A stretch of 64,000 nt of DNA, from assembly GCA_964016885.1 (NCBI GenBank), contig CAXHJY010001747.1, positions 171,219 through 235,218 on the forward strand, given 5' to 3'. Below are positions 1 to 15,200 of this stretch, piece after piece (within the stretch, counting starts at the first letter, position 1; each line of letters opens with the position of its first letter). The DNA is from Eledone cirrhosa (taxonomy: Eukaryota). The translations under genes and the position numbers were made by a program. The notes under the pieces were generated by a model. That model saw only the letters and a list, made by a program, of their open reading frames with translations. It was not told the origin of the DNA and searched no databases.

Positions 1-269
1 GTGTGTGTATGTATCTGTATATGTGCTTACGCTATTTTGGTTGGTATTTAAAGAAAGAGAGAGAGAGGAAGAGGGGGTGAAGAGATATACAATGAGAAGA
101 GCGCGTTAACATTGGACTGTAGCAGTGACTAATAGTAGCAAGTGGGTGGTGGTGGGGTAGTGTACTGTAAAGTAATAGGTGTGAAGTAACGGCTGGGGTG
201 TTGGGTACTGCAGGGGGGATGGTGCTGCAGTGGTATAGTCTGTTGAATTGTATAGTATGTTTGGTAGGA

Positions 270-3200
270 TGGTATTGTAGAGGGCTATAGTATTGTGGAT
301 GGTATTGTCGTGCTGTATAGTACAGTGGATGGTATTGTAGCGCTGTATAGTACAGTGGAAGGTACTGTAGTGCTGTATAGTACAGTGGATGGTATTGTAG
401 TGCTGTATAGTACAGTGGAAGGTACTGTAGTGCTGTATAGTACAGTGGATGGTATTGTAGTGCTGTATAGTACAGTGGATGGTATTGTAGTGCTGTATAG
501 TACAGTGATGGTACTGTAGTGCTGTATAGTACAGTGGATGGTATTGTAGTGCTGTATAGTACAGTGGATGGTATTGTAGTGTTGTATAGTACAGTGGATG
601 GTATTGTAGTGCTGTATAGTACAGTGATGGTACTGTAGTGCTGTATAGTACAGCGGATGGTATTGTAGCGCTGTATAGTACAGTGGATGGTATTGTAGTG
701 CTGTATAGTACAGTGATGGTACTGTAGTGCTGTATAGTACAGTGGATGGTATTGTAGTGCTGTATAGTACAGTGGATGGTATTGTAGTGTTGTATAGTAC
801 AGTGGATGGTATTGTAGTGTTGTATAGTACAGTGGATGGTATTGTAGTGTTGTATAGTACAGTGGATGGTATTGTAGTGTTGTATAGTACAGTGGATGGT
901 ATTGTAGTGTTGTATAGTACAGTGGATGGTATTGTAGTGCTGTATAGTACAGTGGATGGTATTGTAGTGCTGTATAGTACAGTGGATGGTATCGTAGTGT
1001 TGTATAGTACAGTGGATGGTATTGTAGTGTTGTATAGTACAGTGGATGGTATTGTAGTGTTGTATAGTACAGTGGATGGTATTGTAGTGTTGTATAGTAC
1101 AGTGGATGGTATTGTAGTCTTGTATAGTACAGTGAATGGTATTGTAGTGCTGTATAGTACAGTGGATGGTATTGTAGCGCTGTATAGTACAGTGGATGGT
1201 ATTGTAGTGCTGTATAGTACAGTGGATGGTATTGTAGTGCTGTATAGTACAGTGGATGGTATCGTAGTGCTGTATAGTACAGTGGATGGTATTGTAGTGT
1301 TGTATAGTACAGTGGATGGTATTGTAGTGTTGTATAGTACAGTGGATGGTATTGTAGTCTTGTATAGTACAGTGGATGGTATTGTAGTCTTGTATAGTAC
1401 AGTGGATGGTATTGTAGTGCTGTATAGTACAGTGGATGGTATTGTAGTGCTGTATAGTACAGTGGGTGGTATTGTAGTGCTGTATAGTACAGTGGATGGT
1501 ATTGTAGCGCTGTATAGTACAGTGGATGGTATCGTAGTGTTGTATAGTACAGTGGATGGTACTGTAGTGCTGTACAGTATAGTGAAGGTATTGTAGTGCT
1601 GTATAGTACAGTGGATGGTACTGTAGTGCTGTATGATAAGTCGATGGTATTGTAGTGTTGTATAGTACAGTGGATGGTATTGTAGTGCTGTATAGTACAG
1701 TGGATGGTATTGTAGTGCTGTATAGTACAGTGGATGGTATTGTAGTGCTGTATAGTACAGTGGATGGTATTGTAGCGCTGTATAGTACAGTGGATGGTAT
1801 CGTAGTGTTGTATAGTACAGTGGATGGTACTGTAGTGCTGTACAGTATAGTGAAGGTATTGTAGTGCTGTATAGTACAGTGGATGGTACTGTAGTGCTGT
1901 ATGATAAGTGGATGGTATTGTAGTGTTGTATAGTACAGTGGATGGTATTGTAGTGCTGTATAGTACAGTGGATGGTATTGTAGTGTCGTATAGTACAGTG
2001 GATGGTAATGTAGTGCTGTATGATAAGTGGATGGTATTGTAGTGTTGTATAGTACAGTGGATGGTATTGTAGTGCTGTATAGTACAGTGGATGGTATTGT
2101 AGTGTTGTATAGTACAGTGGATGGTATTGTAGTGCTGTATAGTACAGTGGATGGTATTGTAGTGTTGTATAGTACAGTGGATGGTATGGTAGTGCTGTAT
2201 ATACAGTGGATGGTATTGTAGTGCTGTATAGTACAGTGGATGGTATTGTAGTGTTGCATAGTTCAGTGGATGGTATTGTAGTGCTGTATATACAGTGGAT
2301 GGTAGTGTAGTGTTGTATAGTACAGTGGATGGTAGTGTAGTGTTGTATAGTACAGTGGATGGTATTTTAGTGCTGTATAGTACAGTGGATGGTATTGTGG
2401 TGCTGTATAGTACAGTGATGGTACTGTAGTGCTGTATAGTACAGTGGATGGTAGTGTAGTGTTGTATAGTACAGTGGATGGTATTTTAGTGCTGTATACT
2501 ACAGTGGATGGTATTGTGGTGCTGTATAGTACAGTGATGGTACTGTAGTGCTGTATAGTACAGTGATGGTACTGTAGTGCTGTATAGTACAGTGATGGTA
2601 CTGTAGTGCTGTATAGTACAGTGGATGGTATTGTAGTGCTGTATAGTACAGTGATGGTACTGTAGTGCTGTAGAATACAGTCGATGGTAGAGTAGGGCTG
2701 TATAGTACAGTGGCTGGTACAGTAGTGCTGTATAGTACAGTGGATGGTACTGTAGTGCTGTATAGTACAGTGGACGGTACTGTAGTGCTGTATAGTACAG
2801 TGGATGGTATTGTAGTGCTGTATAGTACAGTGGATGGTACTGTAGTGCTGTATAGTACAGTGGATGGTATTGTAGTGCTGTATAGTACAGTGGATGGTAC
2901 AGTATTGCTGTATAGTACAGTGGATGGTACTGTAGTGCTGTATAGTACAGTGGACGGTACTGCAGTGCTGTATAGTACAGTGGAAGGTACTGTAGTGTTG
3001 TATAGTACAGTGATGGTATTGTAGTGTGTATAGTACAGTGGATGGTATTGTAGTGCTGTATAGTAGAGCGGATGGTACTGTAGTGCTGTATAGTAGAGCG
3101 GATGGTACTGTAGTGCTGTATAGTACAGTGGACGGTACTGTAGTGTTGTATAGTACAGTGATGGTACTGTAGTGCTGTATAGTAGAGTGGATGGTACGGT

Positions 3201-6200
3201 AGTGTTGTATACAACAGTGGATGGTGTTGTAGTGTTGTATAATACAGTGGATGGTACTATAGTGCTGTATAGTACAGTGGGTGGTACTGTACTGCTGTAT
3301 AGTACAGTGATGGTACTGTAGTGCTGTATAGTACAGCGGATGGTATTGTAGCGCTGTATAGTACAGTGGATGGTATTGTAGTGCTGTATAGTACAGTGAT
3401 GGTACTGTAGTGCTGTATAGTACAGTGGATGGTATTGTAGTGCTGTATAGTACAGTGGATGGTATTGTAGTGTTGTATAGTACAGTGGATGGTATTGTAG
3501 TGTTGTATAGTACAGTGGACGGTATTGTAGTGTTGTATAGTACAGTGATGGTACTGTAGTGCTGTATAGTACAGTGATGGTATTGTAGTGCTGTATAGTA
3601 CAGTGGGCGGTACTGTAGTGCTGTATAGTACAGTGGACGGTACTGTAGTGCTTTATAGTACAGTAGATGGTACTGTAGTGTTGTATAATACAGTGGAAGG
3701 TACTGTAGTGCTGTATAGTACAGTGGACGGTACTGTAGTGCTGTATAGTACAGTGGACGGTACTCTAGTGTGGTATAGTACAGTGGACGGTATTGTAGTG
3801 TTGTATAATACAGTGGAAGGTACTGTAGTGCTGTATAGTACAGTGGATGGTACTGTAGTGCTGTATAGTACAGTAAGATGGTATTGTAGTGCTGTATAGT
3901 ACAGTGGACGGTACTCTAGTGTGGTATAGTACAGTGGACGGTATTGTAGTGTTGTATAATACAGTGGATGGTACTGTACTGCTGTATAATACAGTGGACG
4001 GTACTGTAGTGCTGTATAGTACAGTGAATGGTACTGTAGTGGTGTATAGTACAGTGGACGGTAGTGTAGTGCTGTATAGTACAGTGGCGGTACTGAGGGC
4101 TGTATAGTACAGTGGATGGTACTGTAGTGCTTTGTAATAGAGTTAATGGTACTGTGGTGCTTTATAGTACGGTGGACGGTACTGTAGTGCTGTATAGTAC
4201 AGTGGACGATACTGAGGGCTGTATAGGACAGTGGATGGTACTGTAGTGCTGTATGGGACAGTGGATGGTACTGTATTGCTGTATAATACAGTGGATGGTA
4301 CTGTAGTGCTGTATAATACAGTGGATGGTACTGTAGTGCTGTATAGTACAGTGGATGGTACTGTAGTGCTGTATAGTACAGTGGATGGCACTGTAGTGCT
4401 GTATAGTACAGTGGGTGGTACTGTAGTGCTCTATAGTACAGTGGATGACACTGTAGCGCTGTATAGTACAGTGGATGGTACTGTAGTGCTGTATAGTACA
4501 GTGGATGGCACCGTAGTGCTGTATAGTACAGTGGATGGTACTGTAGTGCTGTATAGTACAGTGGATGGTACTGTAATTGTTGTATAGCACAGTGGATGGC
4601 ACTGTAGTGCTGTATAGTCCAGTTGACAGTACTGTAGTGCTGTATAGTACAGTGGACGGTACACTAGTGCTGTATAGTACAGTGGATGGTACTGTACTGC
4701 TGTATAATACAGTGGACGGTACTGTAGTGCTGTATAGTACAGTGAATGGTACTGTAGTGGTGTATAGTACAGTGGATGGTACTGTAGTGCTGTATAATAC
4801 AGTGGACGGTAATGTAGTGCTGTATAGTACAGTGGATGGTACTGTAGTGCTGTATAGTGCAGTGGATGGTACTGTAGTGCTGTATAATACAGTGGATGGT
4901 ACTGTCGTGCCGTATAGGACAGTGGATGGTACTGTATTGCTGTATAGTACAGTGGATGGTACTGTAGGGCTGTATACTACAGTGGATGGTACTGTAGTGC
5001 TGTATAGGACAGTGGATGGTACTGTAGGGCTGTATACTACAGTGGATGGTACTGTAGTTCTTTATAGTACAGTTCGATAGTACTGTAGTGCTGTATAGTA
5101 CAGTGGATGGTACTGTATTGCTGTATAATACAGTGGATGGTACTGTAGTGCTGTATAGTACAGTGGATGGTACTGTAGTGCTGTATAGTACAGTGGATGG
5201 CACTGTAGTGCTGTATAGTACAGTGGATGGTACTGTAGTGCTCTATAGTACAGTGGATGGCACTGTAGCGCTGTATAGTACAGTGGATGGTACTGTAGTG
5301 CTGTATAGTACAGTGGATGGCACCGTAGTGCTGTATAGTACAGTGGATGGTACTGTAGTGCTGTATAGTACAGTGGATGGTACTGTAATTGTTGTATAGT
5401 ACAGTGGATGGCACTGTAGTGCTGTATAGTCCATTTGACAGTACTGTAGTGCTGTATAGTACAGTGGACGGTACACTAGTGTTGTATAGTACAGTGGACG
5501 GTACTGTATTGCTGTATAATACAGTGGACGGTACTGTAGTGCTGTATAGTACAGTGGATGGCACTGTAGTGCTGTATAGTATAGTGGATGGTACTGTAGT
5601 GTTCTTTAGTACAGTGGATTGCACTGTAGTGCTGTATAGTACAGTGGATGGTACTGTAGTGCTGTATATTACAGTTGATGGCACCGTAGTGCTGTATAGT
5701 ACAGTGGATGGTACTGTAGTGCTGTATAATACAGTGGATGGTACTGTCGTGCTGTATAGTACAGTGGATGGTACTGTAGTGCTGTATAGTACAGTGGATG
5801 GTACTGTAGTGCTGTATAGTACAGTGGATGGTACTGCAGTGCTGTATAGTACAGTGGATGGTACTGTAGTGCTGTATAATACAGTAGATGGTACTGTAGT
5901 GCTGTATAGTACAGTGGATGGTACTGTAGTACTGTATAGTACAGTGGATAGTACTGTAGTGCTGTATAGTACAGTGGATGGTAATGTAGTGCTGTATAAT
6001 ACAGTGGACGGTACTGTAGAGCAGTATACTACAGTGGATGGTACTGTAGTGCTGTATAGTACAGTGGATGGTACTGCAGTGCTGTATAGTACAGTGGATG
6101 GTACTGTAGTGCTGTATAATACAGTAGATGGTACTGTAGTGCTGTATAGTACAGTGGATGGTACTGTAGTACTGTATAGTACAGTGGATAGTACTGTAGT

Positions 6201-9200
6201 GCTGTATAGTACAGTGGATGGTAATGTAGTGCTGTATAATACAGTGGACGGTACTGTAGAGCAGTATACTACAGTGGATGGTACTGTTGTGCTGTATAGT
6301 ACAGTGGATGGTACTGTAGTGCTGTATAGTACAGTGGATGGTACTGTAGTGCTGTATAGTACAGTGGATAGTACTGTAGTGCTGTATAGTACAGTGAATG
6401 GTACTGTGGTGCTTTATAGTACAGTGGACGGTACTGTAGAGCAGTATACTACAGTGGATGGTACTGTAGTGTTGTATAGTACAGTGGATGGTACTGCAGT
6501 GCTGTATAGTACAGTGGATGGTACTGTAGTGCTGTATAATATAGTAGATGGTACTGTAGTGATGTATAGTGCAGTGGATGGCACCGTAGTGCTGTATAGT
6601 ACAGTGGATGGTACTGTAGTGCTGTATAATACAGTGGATGGTACTGTCGTGCTGTATAGTACAGTGGACGGTACTGTAGTGCTGTATAGTACAGTGGATG
6701 GTACTGTAGTGCTGTATAGTACAATGGATGGTACTGTAGTGCTGTATAGTACAGTGGATGGTACTGCAGTGCTGTATAGTACAGTGGATGGTACTGTAAT
6801 GCTGTATAGTACAGTGGATGGTAATGTAGTGCTGTATAATACAGTGGACGGTACTGTAGTGCAGTATACTACAGTGGATGGAACTGTATTGCTGCATAGT
6901 ACAGTGGATGGCACTGTAGTGCTGTATAGTACAGTGGATGGTACTGTAGTGCTGTATAGTACAGTGAATGGTACTGTAGTGGTGTATAATACAGTCGACG
7001 GTAGTGTAGTGCTGTATAGTACAGTGGCGGTACTGAGGGCTGTGTCGTACAGTGGATGGTACTGTAGTGCTTTGTAATACAGTTAATGTTACTGTGGTGC
7101 TTTATAGTACAGTGGACGGTACTGTAGTGCTGTATAGTACAGTGGACGATACTGAGGGCTGTATAGTACAGTGGATGGTACTGTAGTGCTGTATAGTACA
7201 GTGGATTATACTGTAGTGCTGGATAGTACAGTGGATGGTACTGTGGTGCTTTATAGTACAGTGGATGGTACTGTAGTGCTGTATAGTACAGTGGATGGTA
7301 ATGTAGTGCTGTATAGAACAGTGGATAGTACTGTAGTGCTGTATAGTACAGTGGATGGTAATGTAGTGCTGTATAGTACAGTGGATAGTACTGTAGTGCT
7401 GTATAGTACAGTGGATGGTAATGTAGTGCTGTATAGAACAGTGGATAGTACTGTATTGCTGTATAATACAATGGATGGTAATGTAGTGCTGTATAATACA
7501 GTGGATGGTACTGTAGTGCTGTATAGTACAGTGGATAGTACTGTAGTGCTGTATAGTACAGTGGATGGCACTGTAGTGCTGTATAGTACAGTGGATGGTA
7601 CTGTAGTGCTGTTTAGTACAGTGGATTGCACTGTAGTGCTGTATAGTACAGTGGATGGTACTGTAGTGCTGTATAGTACAGTGGATGGCACTGTAGTGCT
7701 GTATAGTACAGTGGACGGTACTGTAGTGCTGTATAGTACAGTGGACGGTACACTAGTGCTGTATAGTACAGTGGACGGTACTATAGTGCTGTATAATACA
7801 GTGGATGGTACTGTATTGCTTTAAAATACAGTGGACGGTACTGTAGTGCTGTATAGTACAGTGAATGGTACTGTAGTGGTGTATAGTACAGTGGGCGGTA
7901 GTGTAGTGCTGTATAGTACAGTGGCGGTACTGAGGGCTGTATAGTACAGTGGATGGTACTGTAGTGCTTTGTAATACAGTTAATGGTACTGTGGTGCTTT
8001 ATAGTACAGTGGACGGTACTGTAGTGCTGTATAGTACAGTGGACGATACTGAGGGCTGTATAGTACAGTGCATGGTACTGTAGTGCTTTATAGTACAGTG
8101 GATGGTACTGTAGTGCTGTATAGTACAGTGGATTATACTGTAATGCTGGATAGTACAGTGGATGGTACTGTGGTGCTTTATAGTACAGTGGATGGTACTG
8201 TAGTGCTGTATAGTACAGTGGATGGTAATGTAGTGCTGTATAGTACAGTGGATAGTACTCTAGTGCTGTATAGTACAGTGGATGGTACTGTATTGCTGTA
8301 TAATACAGTGGATGGTAATGTAGTGCTGTATAATACAGTGGATGGTACTGTAGTGCTGTATAGTACAGTGGATAGTACTGTAGTGCTGTATAGTACAGTG
8401 GATGGCACTGTAGTGCTGTATAGTGCAGTGGATGGTACTGTAGTGCTCTTTAGTACAGTGGATTGCACTGTAGTGCTGTATAGTACAGTGGATGGTACTG
8501 TAGTGCTGTATAGTACAGTGGATGGTACTGTAGTGCTGTATAGTACAGTGGATGGTACTGTAGTGCTGCATAATACAGTGGATGGTACTGTCGTGCTCTA
8601 TAGTACAGTGGATGGTACTGTAGTGCTGTATAGTACAGTGGATGGTGCTGTAGTGCTGTATAGTACAGTCGATGGTACTGTAGTGCTGTATAGTACAGTG
8701 GATGGTACTGTTGTGCTGTATAGTACAGTGGATGGTACTGTAGTGCTGTATAGTACAGTGGATGGTACTGTAGTGCTGTATAGTACAGTGGATTGCACTG
8801 TAGTGCTGTATAGTACAGTGGATGGTACTGTAGTGCCGTATAGTACAGTGGATGGCACCGTAGTGCTGTATAGTACAGTGGATGGTACTGTAGTGCTGTA
8901 TAGTACAGTGGATGGTACTGTAGTGCTGTATAGTACAGTGGATGGTACTGTAGTGCTGTATAGTACAGTGGATGGTACTGTAGTGCTGTATAGTACAGTG
9001 GATGGTACTGTAGTGTTGTATAGTACAGTGTATGGCACTGCAGTGCTGTATAGTACAGTGGATGGTACTGTAGTGCTGTATAGTACAGTGGCGGTACTGA
9101 GGGCTGTATAGTACAGTGGATGGTACTGTAGTGCTTTATAGTACAGTGGATTATACTGTATTGATGGATTGTACAATGGATGGTACTGTGGTGATTTATA

Positions 9201-12200
9201 GTACAGTGGATGGTACTGTAGTGCTGTATAGTACAGTGGATGGCACTGTAGTGCTGTATAGTACAGTGGATGGTACTGTAGTGCTGTATAGTACAGTGAA
9301 TTGCACCGTAGTGCTGTATAGTACAGTGGATGGTACTGTAGTGCTGTATAGTACAGTGGATGGCACCGTAGTGCTGTATAGTATAGTGGATGGTACTGTA
9401 GTGCCGTATTACAGTGGATGGTACTGTAGTGTTGTATAGTACAGTGTATGGCACTGTAGTGCTGTATAGTATAGTGGATGGTACTGTAGTGCTGCATAGT
9501 ACAGTGGACGGTACACTAGTGCTGTATAGTACAGTGGACGGTACTATAGTGCTGTATAATACAGTGGATGGTACTGTAGTGCTGCATAGTACAGTGGATG
9601 GTATTGTCGTGCTGTATAGTACAGTGAATGGTACTGTAGTGGTGTATAGTACAGTGGACGGTAGTGTAGTGCTGTATAGTACAGTGGCGGTACTGAGGGC
9701 TGTATAGTACAGTGGATGGTACTGTAGTGCTTTGTAATACAGTTAATGGTACTGTGGTGCTTTACAGTACAGTGGACGGTTCTGTAGTGCTGTATAGTAC
9801 AGTGGATTATACTGTAATGCTGGATAGTACAGTGGATGGTACTGTAGTGCTGTATAGTACAGTGAATGGTACTGTAGTGGTGTATAGTACAGTGGATGGT
9901 ACTGTAGTGCTGTATAGTACAGTGGATGGTACTGTGGTGATTTATAGTACAGTGGATGGTACTGTGGTGATTTATAGTACAGTGGATTGTACTGTAGTGC
10001 TGTATAGTACGGTGGATGGTACTGAAGTGCTGTATAGTACAGTGGATTATACTGTAATGCTGGATAGTACAGTGGATGGTACTGTGGTGATTTATAGTAC
10101 AGTGGATGGTACTGTAGTGCTGGATAGTACAGTGGATGGTACTGTGGTGATTTATAGTACAGTGGATGGTACTGTAGTGCTGTATAGTACGGTGGATGGT
10201 AATGTAGTACTGTATAGTACAGTGGATAGTACTGTAGTGCTGTATAGTACAGTGGATGGTACTGTATTGCTGTATAATACAGTGGATGGTACTGTAGTGC
10301 TGTATAATACAGTGGATGGTACTGTAGTGCTGTATAGTACAGTGGATGGTACTGTAGTGCTGCATAGTACAGTGGATGGCACTGTAGTGCTGTATAGTAC
10401 AGTGGATGGTATTGTATTGCTATATAGTACAGTGGATGGCACCGTAGTGCTGTATAGTACAGTGGATGGTACTGTAGTGCTGTATAGTACAGTGGATGGC
10501 ACTGCAGTGTTATATAGTACAGTGGATGGCACTGTATTGCTGTATAATACAGTGGATGGTACTGTCGTGCTGTATAGTCCAGTGGACAGTACTGTAGTGC
10601 TGTATAGTACAGTGGACGGTACACTAGTGCTGTATAGTACAGTGGACGGTACTATAGTGCTGTATAATACAGTGGATGGTACTGTACTGCTGTATAATAC
10701 AGTGGAGGGTACTGTAGTGCTGTATAGTACAGTGGATGGTACTGTAGTGCTGTATACTACAGTGAATGGTACTGTTGTGGTGTATAATACAGTGGACGGT
10801 AATGTAGTGCTGTATAGTACAGTGGATTGTACTGTAGTGCTGTATAGTACAGTGGACGGTACTGTAGTGCTGTATAGTACAGTGGATGGTACTGTCGTGC
10901 TGTATAGGAAAGTGGATGGTACTGTAGTGCTGTATAGTACAATGGATGGTATTGTATTGCTGTATAGGACAGTGAATGGTATTGTAGTGCTGTATAGTAC
11001 AGTGGATGGTACTGTATTGCTGTATAGTACAGTGGATGGTACTGTAGGGCTGTATACTACAGTGGATGGTACTGTAGTGCTGTATAGTACAGTGGATGGT
11101 ACTGTAGTGCTGTATAGTACAGTGGATGGTACTTTAGTGTTGTATAATACAGTGGATGGTACTGTAGTGCTGTATAGTACAATGGATGGTATTGTAGTGC
11201 TGTATAATACAGTGGATGGTACTGTAGTGCTGTATAGTACAGTGGATGGTACTGTAGTGCTGTATAGTTTAGTGGATTGTTTTGTAGTGCTGTATAATAC
11301 AGTGGATGGTACTGTAGTGCTGTATATTACAGTGGATGGTACTGTAGTACTGTATAGTACAGTGATGGTATTGTAGTGCTGTAAAGTACAGTGAACGGTA
11401 CTGTAGTGCTGTATAGTACAGTGGATGGAATTGTAGTGCTGTATAGTACAGTGGATGGTACTGTAGTGCTGTATAGTACAGTGGATGGAATTGTAGTGCT
11501 GTATAGTACAGTGGACGGTACTATAGTGCTGTATAGTACAGTGGATGGTACTGTAGTGCTGTATAGTACAGTGGATTGTACTGTAGTGCTGTATAATACA
11601 GTGGATGGTACTGTCGTGCTGTATAGGACAGTGGATGGTACTGTCGTGCTGTATAGTACAGTGGACGATACCGTAGTGCTGTATAGTACAATGGAAGGTA
11701 CTGTAGTGCTGTATAATACAGTGGATGGAACTGTAGTGCTGTATAGAACAGTGGATGGTACTATAGTGATGTATAGTACAGTGGATGGTACTGTAGTGCT
11801 GCATAATACAATGGATGGTACTGTCGTGCTGTATAGTACAGTGGATGGTACTGTAGTGCTGTATAGTACAGTGGATGGTACTGTAGTGCTGTATAGTACA
11901 GTCGATGGTACTGTAGTGCTGTATAGTACAGTGGATGGTACTGTCGTGCTGTATAGTACAGTCGATGGTACTGTAGTGCTATATAGTACAGTGGATGGTA
12001 CTGTCGTGCTGTATAGTACAGTCGACGGTACTGTAGTGCTGTATAATACAGTGGACGGTACTGTAGTACTGTATAGTACAGTGGATGGTACTGTAGTGCT
12101 GTATAGTACAGTGGATGGTACTGTAGTGCTGTATAGTACAGTGGATGGTACTGTAGTGCTGTATAATACAGTGGATTACACTGTGGTGCTGTATAGTACA

Positions 12201-15200
12201 GTGGATGGCACTGTAGTGCTGTATAGTACAGTGGATGGCACGGTAGTGCTGTATAGTACAGTGGATGGTACTGTAGTGCTGTATAGTACAGTGGATGGTA
12301 CTCTAGTGTTGTATAGTATAGTGGATGGCACTGTAGTGCTGTATAGTACAGTGGACGGTACTGTAGTGCTGTATAGTACAGTGGACGGTACACTAGTGCT
12401 GTATAGTACAGTGGACGGTACTATAGTGCTGTATAAGACAGTGGATGGTACTGTAGTGCTGTATAGTACAGTGAATGGTACTGTAGTCGTGTATAGTACA
12501 GTGGACGGTAGTGTAGTGCTGTATAGTACAGTGGACGGTACTGTAGTGGTGTATAGTACAGTGGACGATACTGAGAGCTGTATAGTACATTGATAGTACT
12601 GTAGTGCTTTATAGTACAGTGGATGGTACTGTAGTGTTGTATAGTACAGTGATGGTATTGTAGTGCTGTAAAGTACAGTGAACGGTACTGTAGTGCTGTA
12701 TAGTACAGTGGATGGTACTGTAGTGCTGTATAGTACAGTGATGGTATTGTAGTGCTGTAAAGTACAGTGAACGGTACTGTAGTGCTGTATAGTACAGTGG
12801 ATGGAATTGTAGTGCTGTATAGTACAGTGGATGGTACTGTAGTGCTGTATAGTACAGTGGATTGTACTGTAGTGCTGTATAATACAGTGGATGGTACTGT
12901 CGTGCTGTATAGGACAGTGGATGGTACTGTCGTGCTGTATAGTACAGTGGACGATAGCGTAGTGCTGTATAGTACAATGGAAGGTACTGTAGTGCTGTAT
13001 AATACAGTGGATGGAACTGTAGTGCTGTATAGAACAGTGGATGGTACTATAGTGATGTATAGTACAGTGGATGGTACTGCAGTGCTGCATAATACAGTGG
13101 ATGGTACTGTCGTGCTGTATAGTACAGTTGATGGTACTGTAGTGCTGTATAGTACAGTGGATGGTACTGTAGTGCTGTATAGTACAGTGGATTATACTGT
13201 AATGCTGGATAGTACAGTGGATGGTACTGTGGATCTTTATAGTACAGTGGATGGTACTGTAGTGCTGTATAGTACAGTGGATGGTAATGTAGTGCTGTAT
13301 AGTACAGTGGATAGTACTGTAGTGCTGTATAGTACAGTGGATGGTACTGTAGTGTTGTATAGTACAGTGGATGGTACTGTAGTGCTGTATAGTAGTGGAT
13401 GGTACTGTAGTGCTGTATAGTACAGTGGATGGTACTGTAGTGCTGTATAGTACAGTGGACGGTACTGTAGTGCTGTATAGTACAGTGGACGGTACTGTAG
13501 TGCTGTATAGTACAGTGGATGGTACTGTAGTGCTGTATAGTACAGTGGATGGTACTGTAGTGCTGTATAGTACAGTGGACGGTACACTAGTTCTGTATAG
13601 TACAGTGGACCGTACTACAGTGCTGTATAATACAGTGGATGGAACTGTAATTCTGTATAGAACAGTGGATGGTACTATAGTGATGTATAGTACAGTGGAT
13701 GGTACTGTAGTGCTGCATAATACAGTGGATGGTACTGTCGTGCTGTATAGTACAGTGGATGGTACTGTAGTGCTGTATAGTACAGTGGATGGTGCTGTAG
13801 TGCTGTATAGTACAGTCGATGGTACTGTAGTGCTGTATAGTACAGTGGATGGTACTGTTGTGCTGTATAGTACAGTGGATGGTACTGTAGTGCTGTATAG
13901 TACAGTGTATGGTACTGTAGTGCTGTATAGTACAGTGGATTGCACTGTAGTGCTGTATAGTACAGTGGATGGTACTGTAGTGCTGTATAGTACAGTGGAT
14001 GGCACCGTAGTGCTGTATAGTACAGTGGATGGTACTGTAGTGCTGTATAGTACAGTGGATGGTACTGTAGTGTTGTATAGTACAGTGTATGGCACTGTAG
14101 TGCTGTATAGTACAGTGGATGGTACTGTAGTGCTGTATAGTACAGTGGCGGTACTGAGGGCTGTATAGTACAGTGGATGGTACTGTAGTGCTTTGTAATA
14201 CAGTTAATGGTACTGTGGTGCTTTACTGTACAGTGGACGGTACTGTAGTGCTGTATAGTACAGTGGACGATACTGAGGGCTGTATAGTACAGTGGATGGT
14301 ACTGTAGTGCTTTATAGTACAGTGGATTATACTGTATTGCTGGATAGTACAGTGGATGGTACTGTGGTGATTTATAGTACAGTGGATGGTACTGTAGTGC
14401 TGTATAGTACAGTGGATGGCACTGTAGTGCTGTATAGTACAGTGGATGGTACTATAGTGCTGTATAGTACAGTGGATGGTACTGTAGTGCTGTATAGTAC
14501 AGTGAATTGCACTGTAGTGCTGTATAGTACAGTGGATGGTACTGTAGTGCTGTATAGTACAGTGAATTGCACTGTAGTGCTGTATAGTACAGTGGATGGT
14601 ACTGTAGTGCTGTATAGTACAGTGGATGGCACCGTAGTGCTGTATAGTATAGTGGATGGTACTGTAGTGCCGTATAGTACAGTGGATGGTACTGTAGTGT
14701 TGTATAGTACAGTGTATGGCACTGTAGTGCTGTATAGTATAGTGGATGGTACTGTAGTGCTGCATAGTACAGTGGACGGTACACTAGTGCTGTATAGTAC
14801 AGTGGACGGTACTATAGTGCTGTATAATACAGTGGATGGTACTGTAGTGCTGCATAGTACAGTGGATGGTATTGTCGTGCTGTATAGTACAGTGAATGGT
14901 ACTGTAGTGGTGTATAGTATAGTGGACGGTAGTGTAGTGCTGTATAGTACAGTGGCGGTACTCAGGGCTGTATAGTACAGTGGATGGTACTGTAGTGCTT
15001 TGTAATACAGTTAATGGTACTGTGGTGCTTTACAGTACAGTGGACGGTTCTGTAGTGCTGTATAGTACAGTGGATTATACTGTAATGCTGGATAGTACAG
15101 TGGATGGTACTGTGGTGATTTATAGTACAGTGGATTGTACTGTAGTGCTGTATAGTACGGTGGATGGTACTGAAGTGCTGTATAGTACAGTGGATTATAC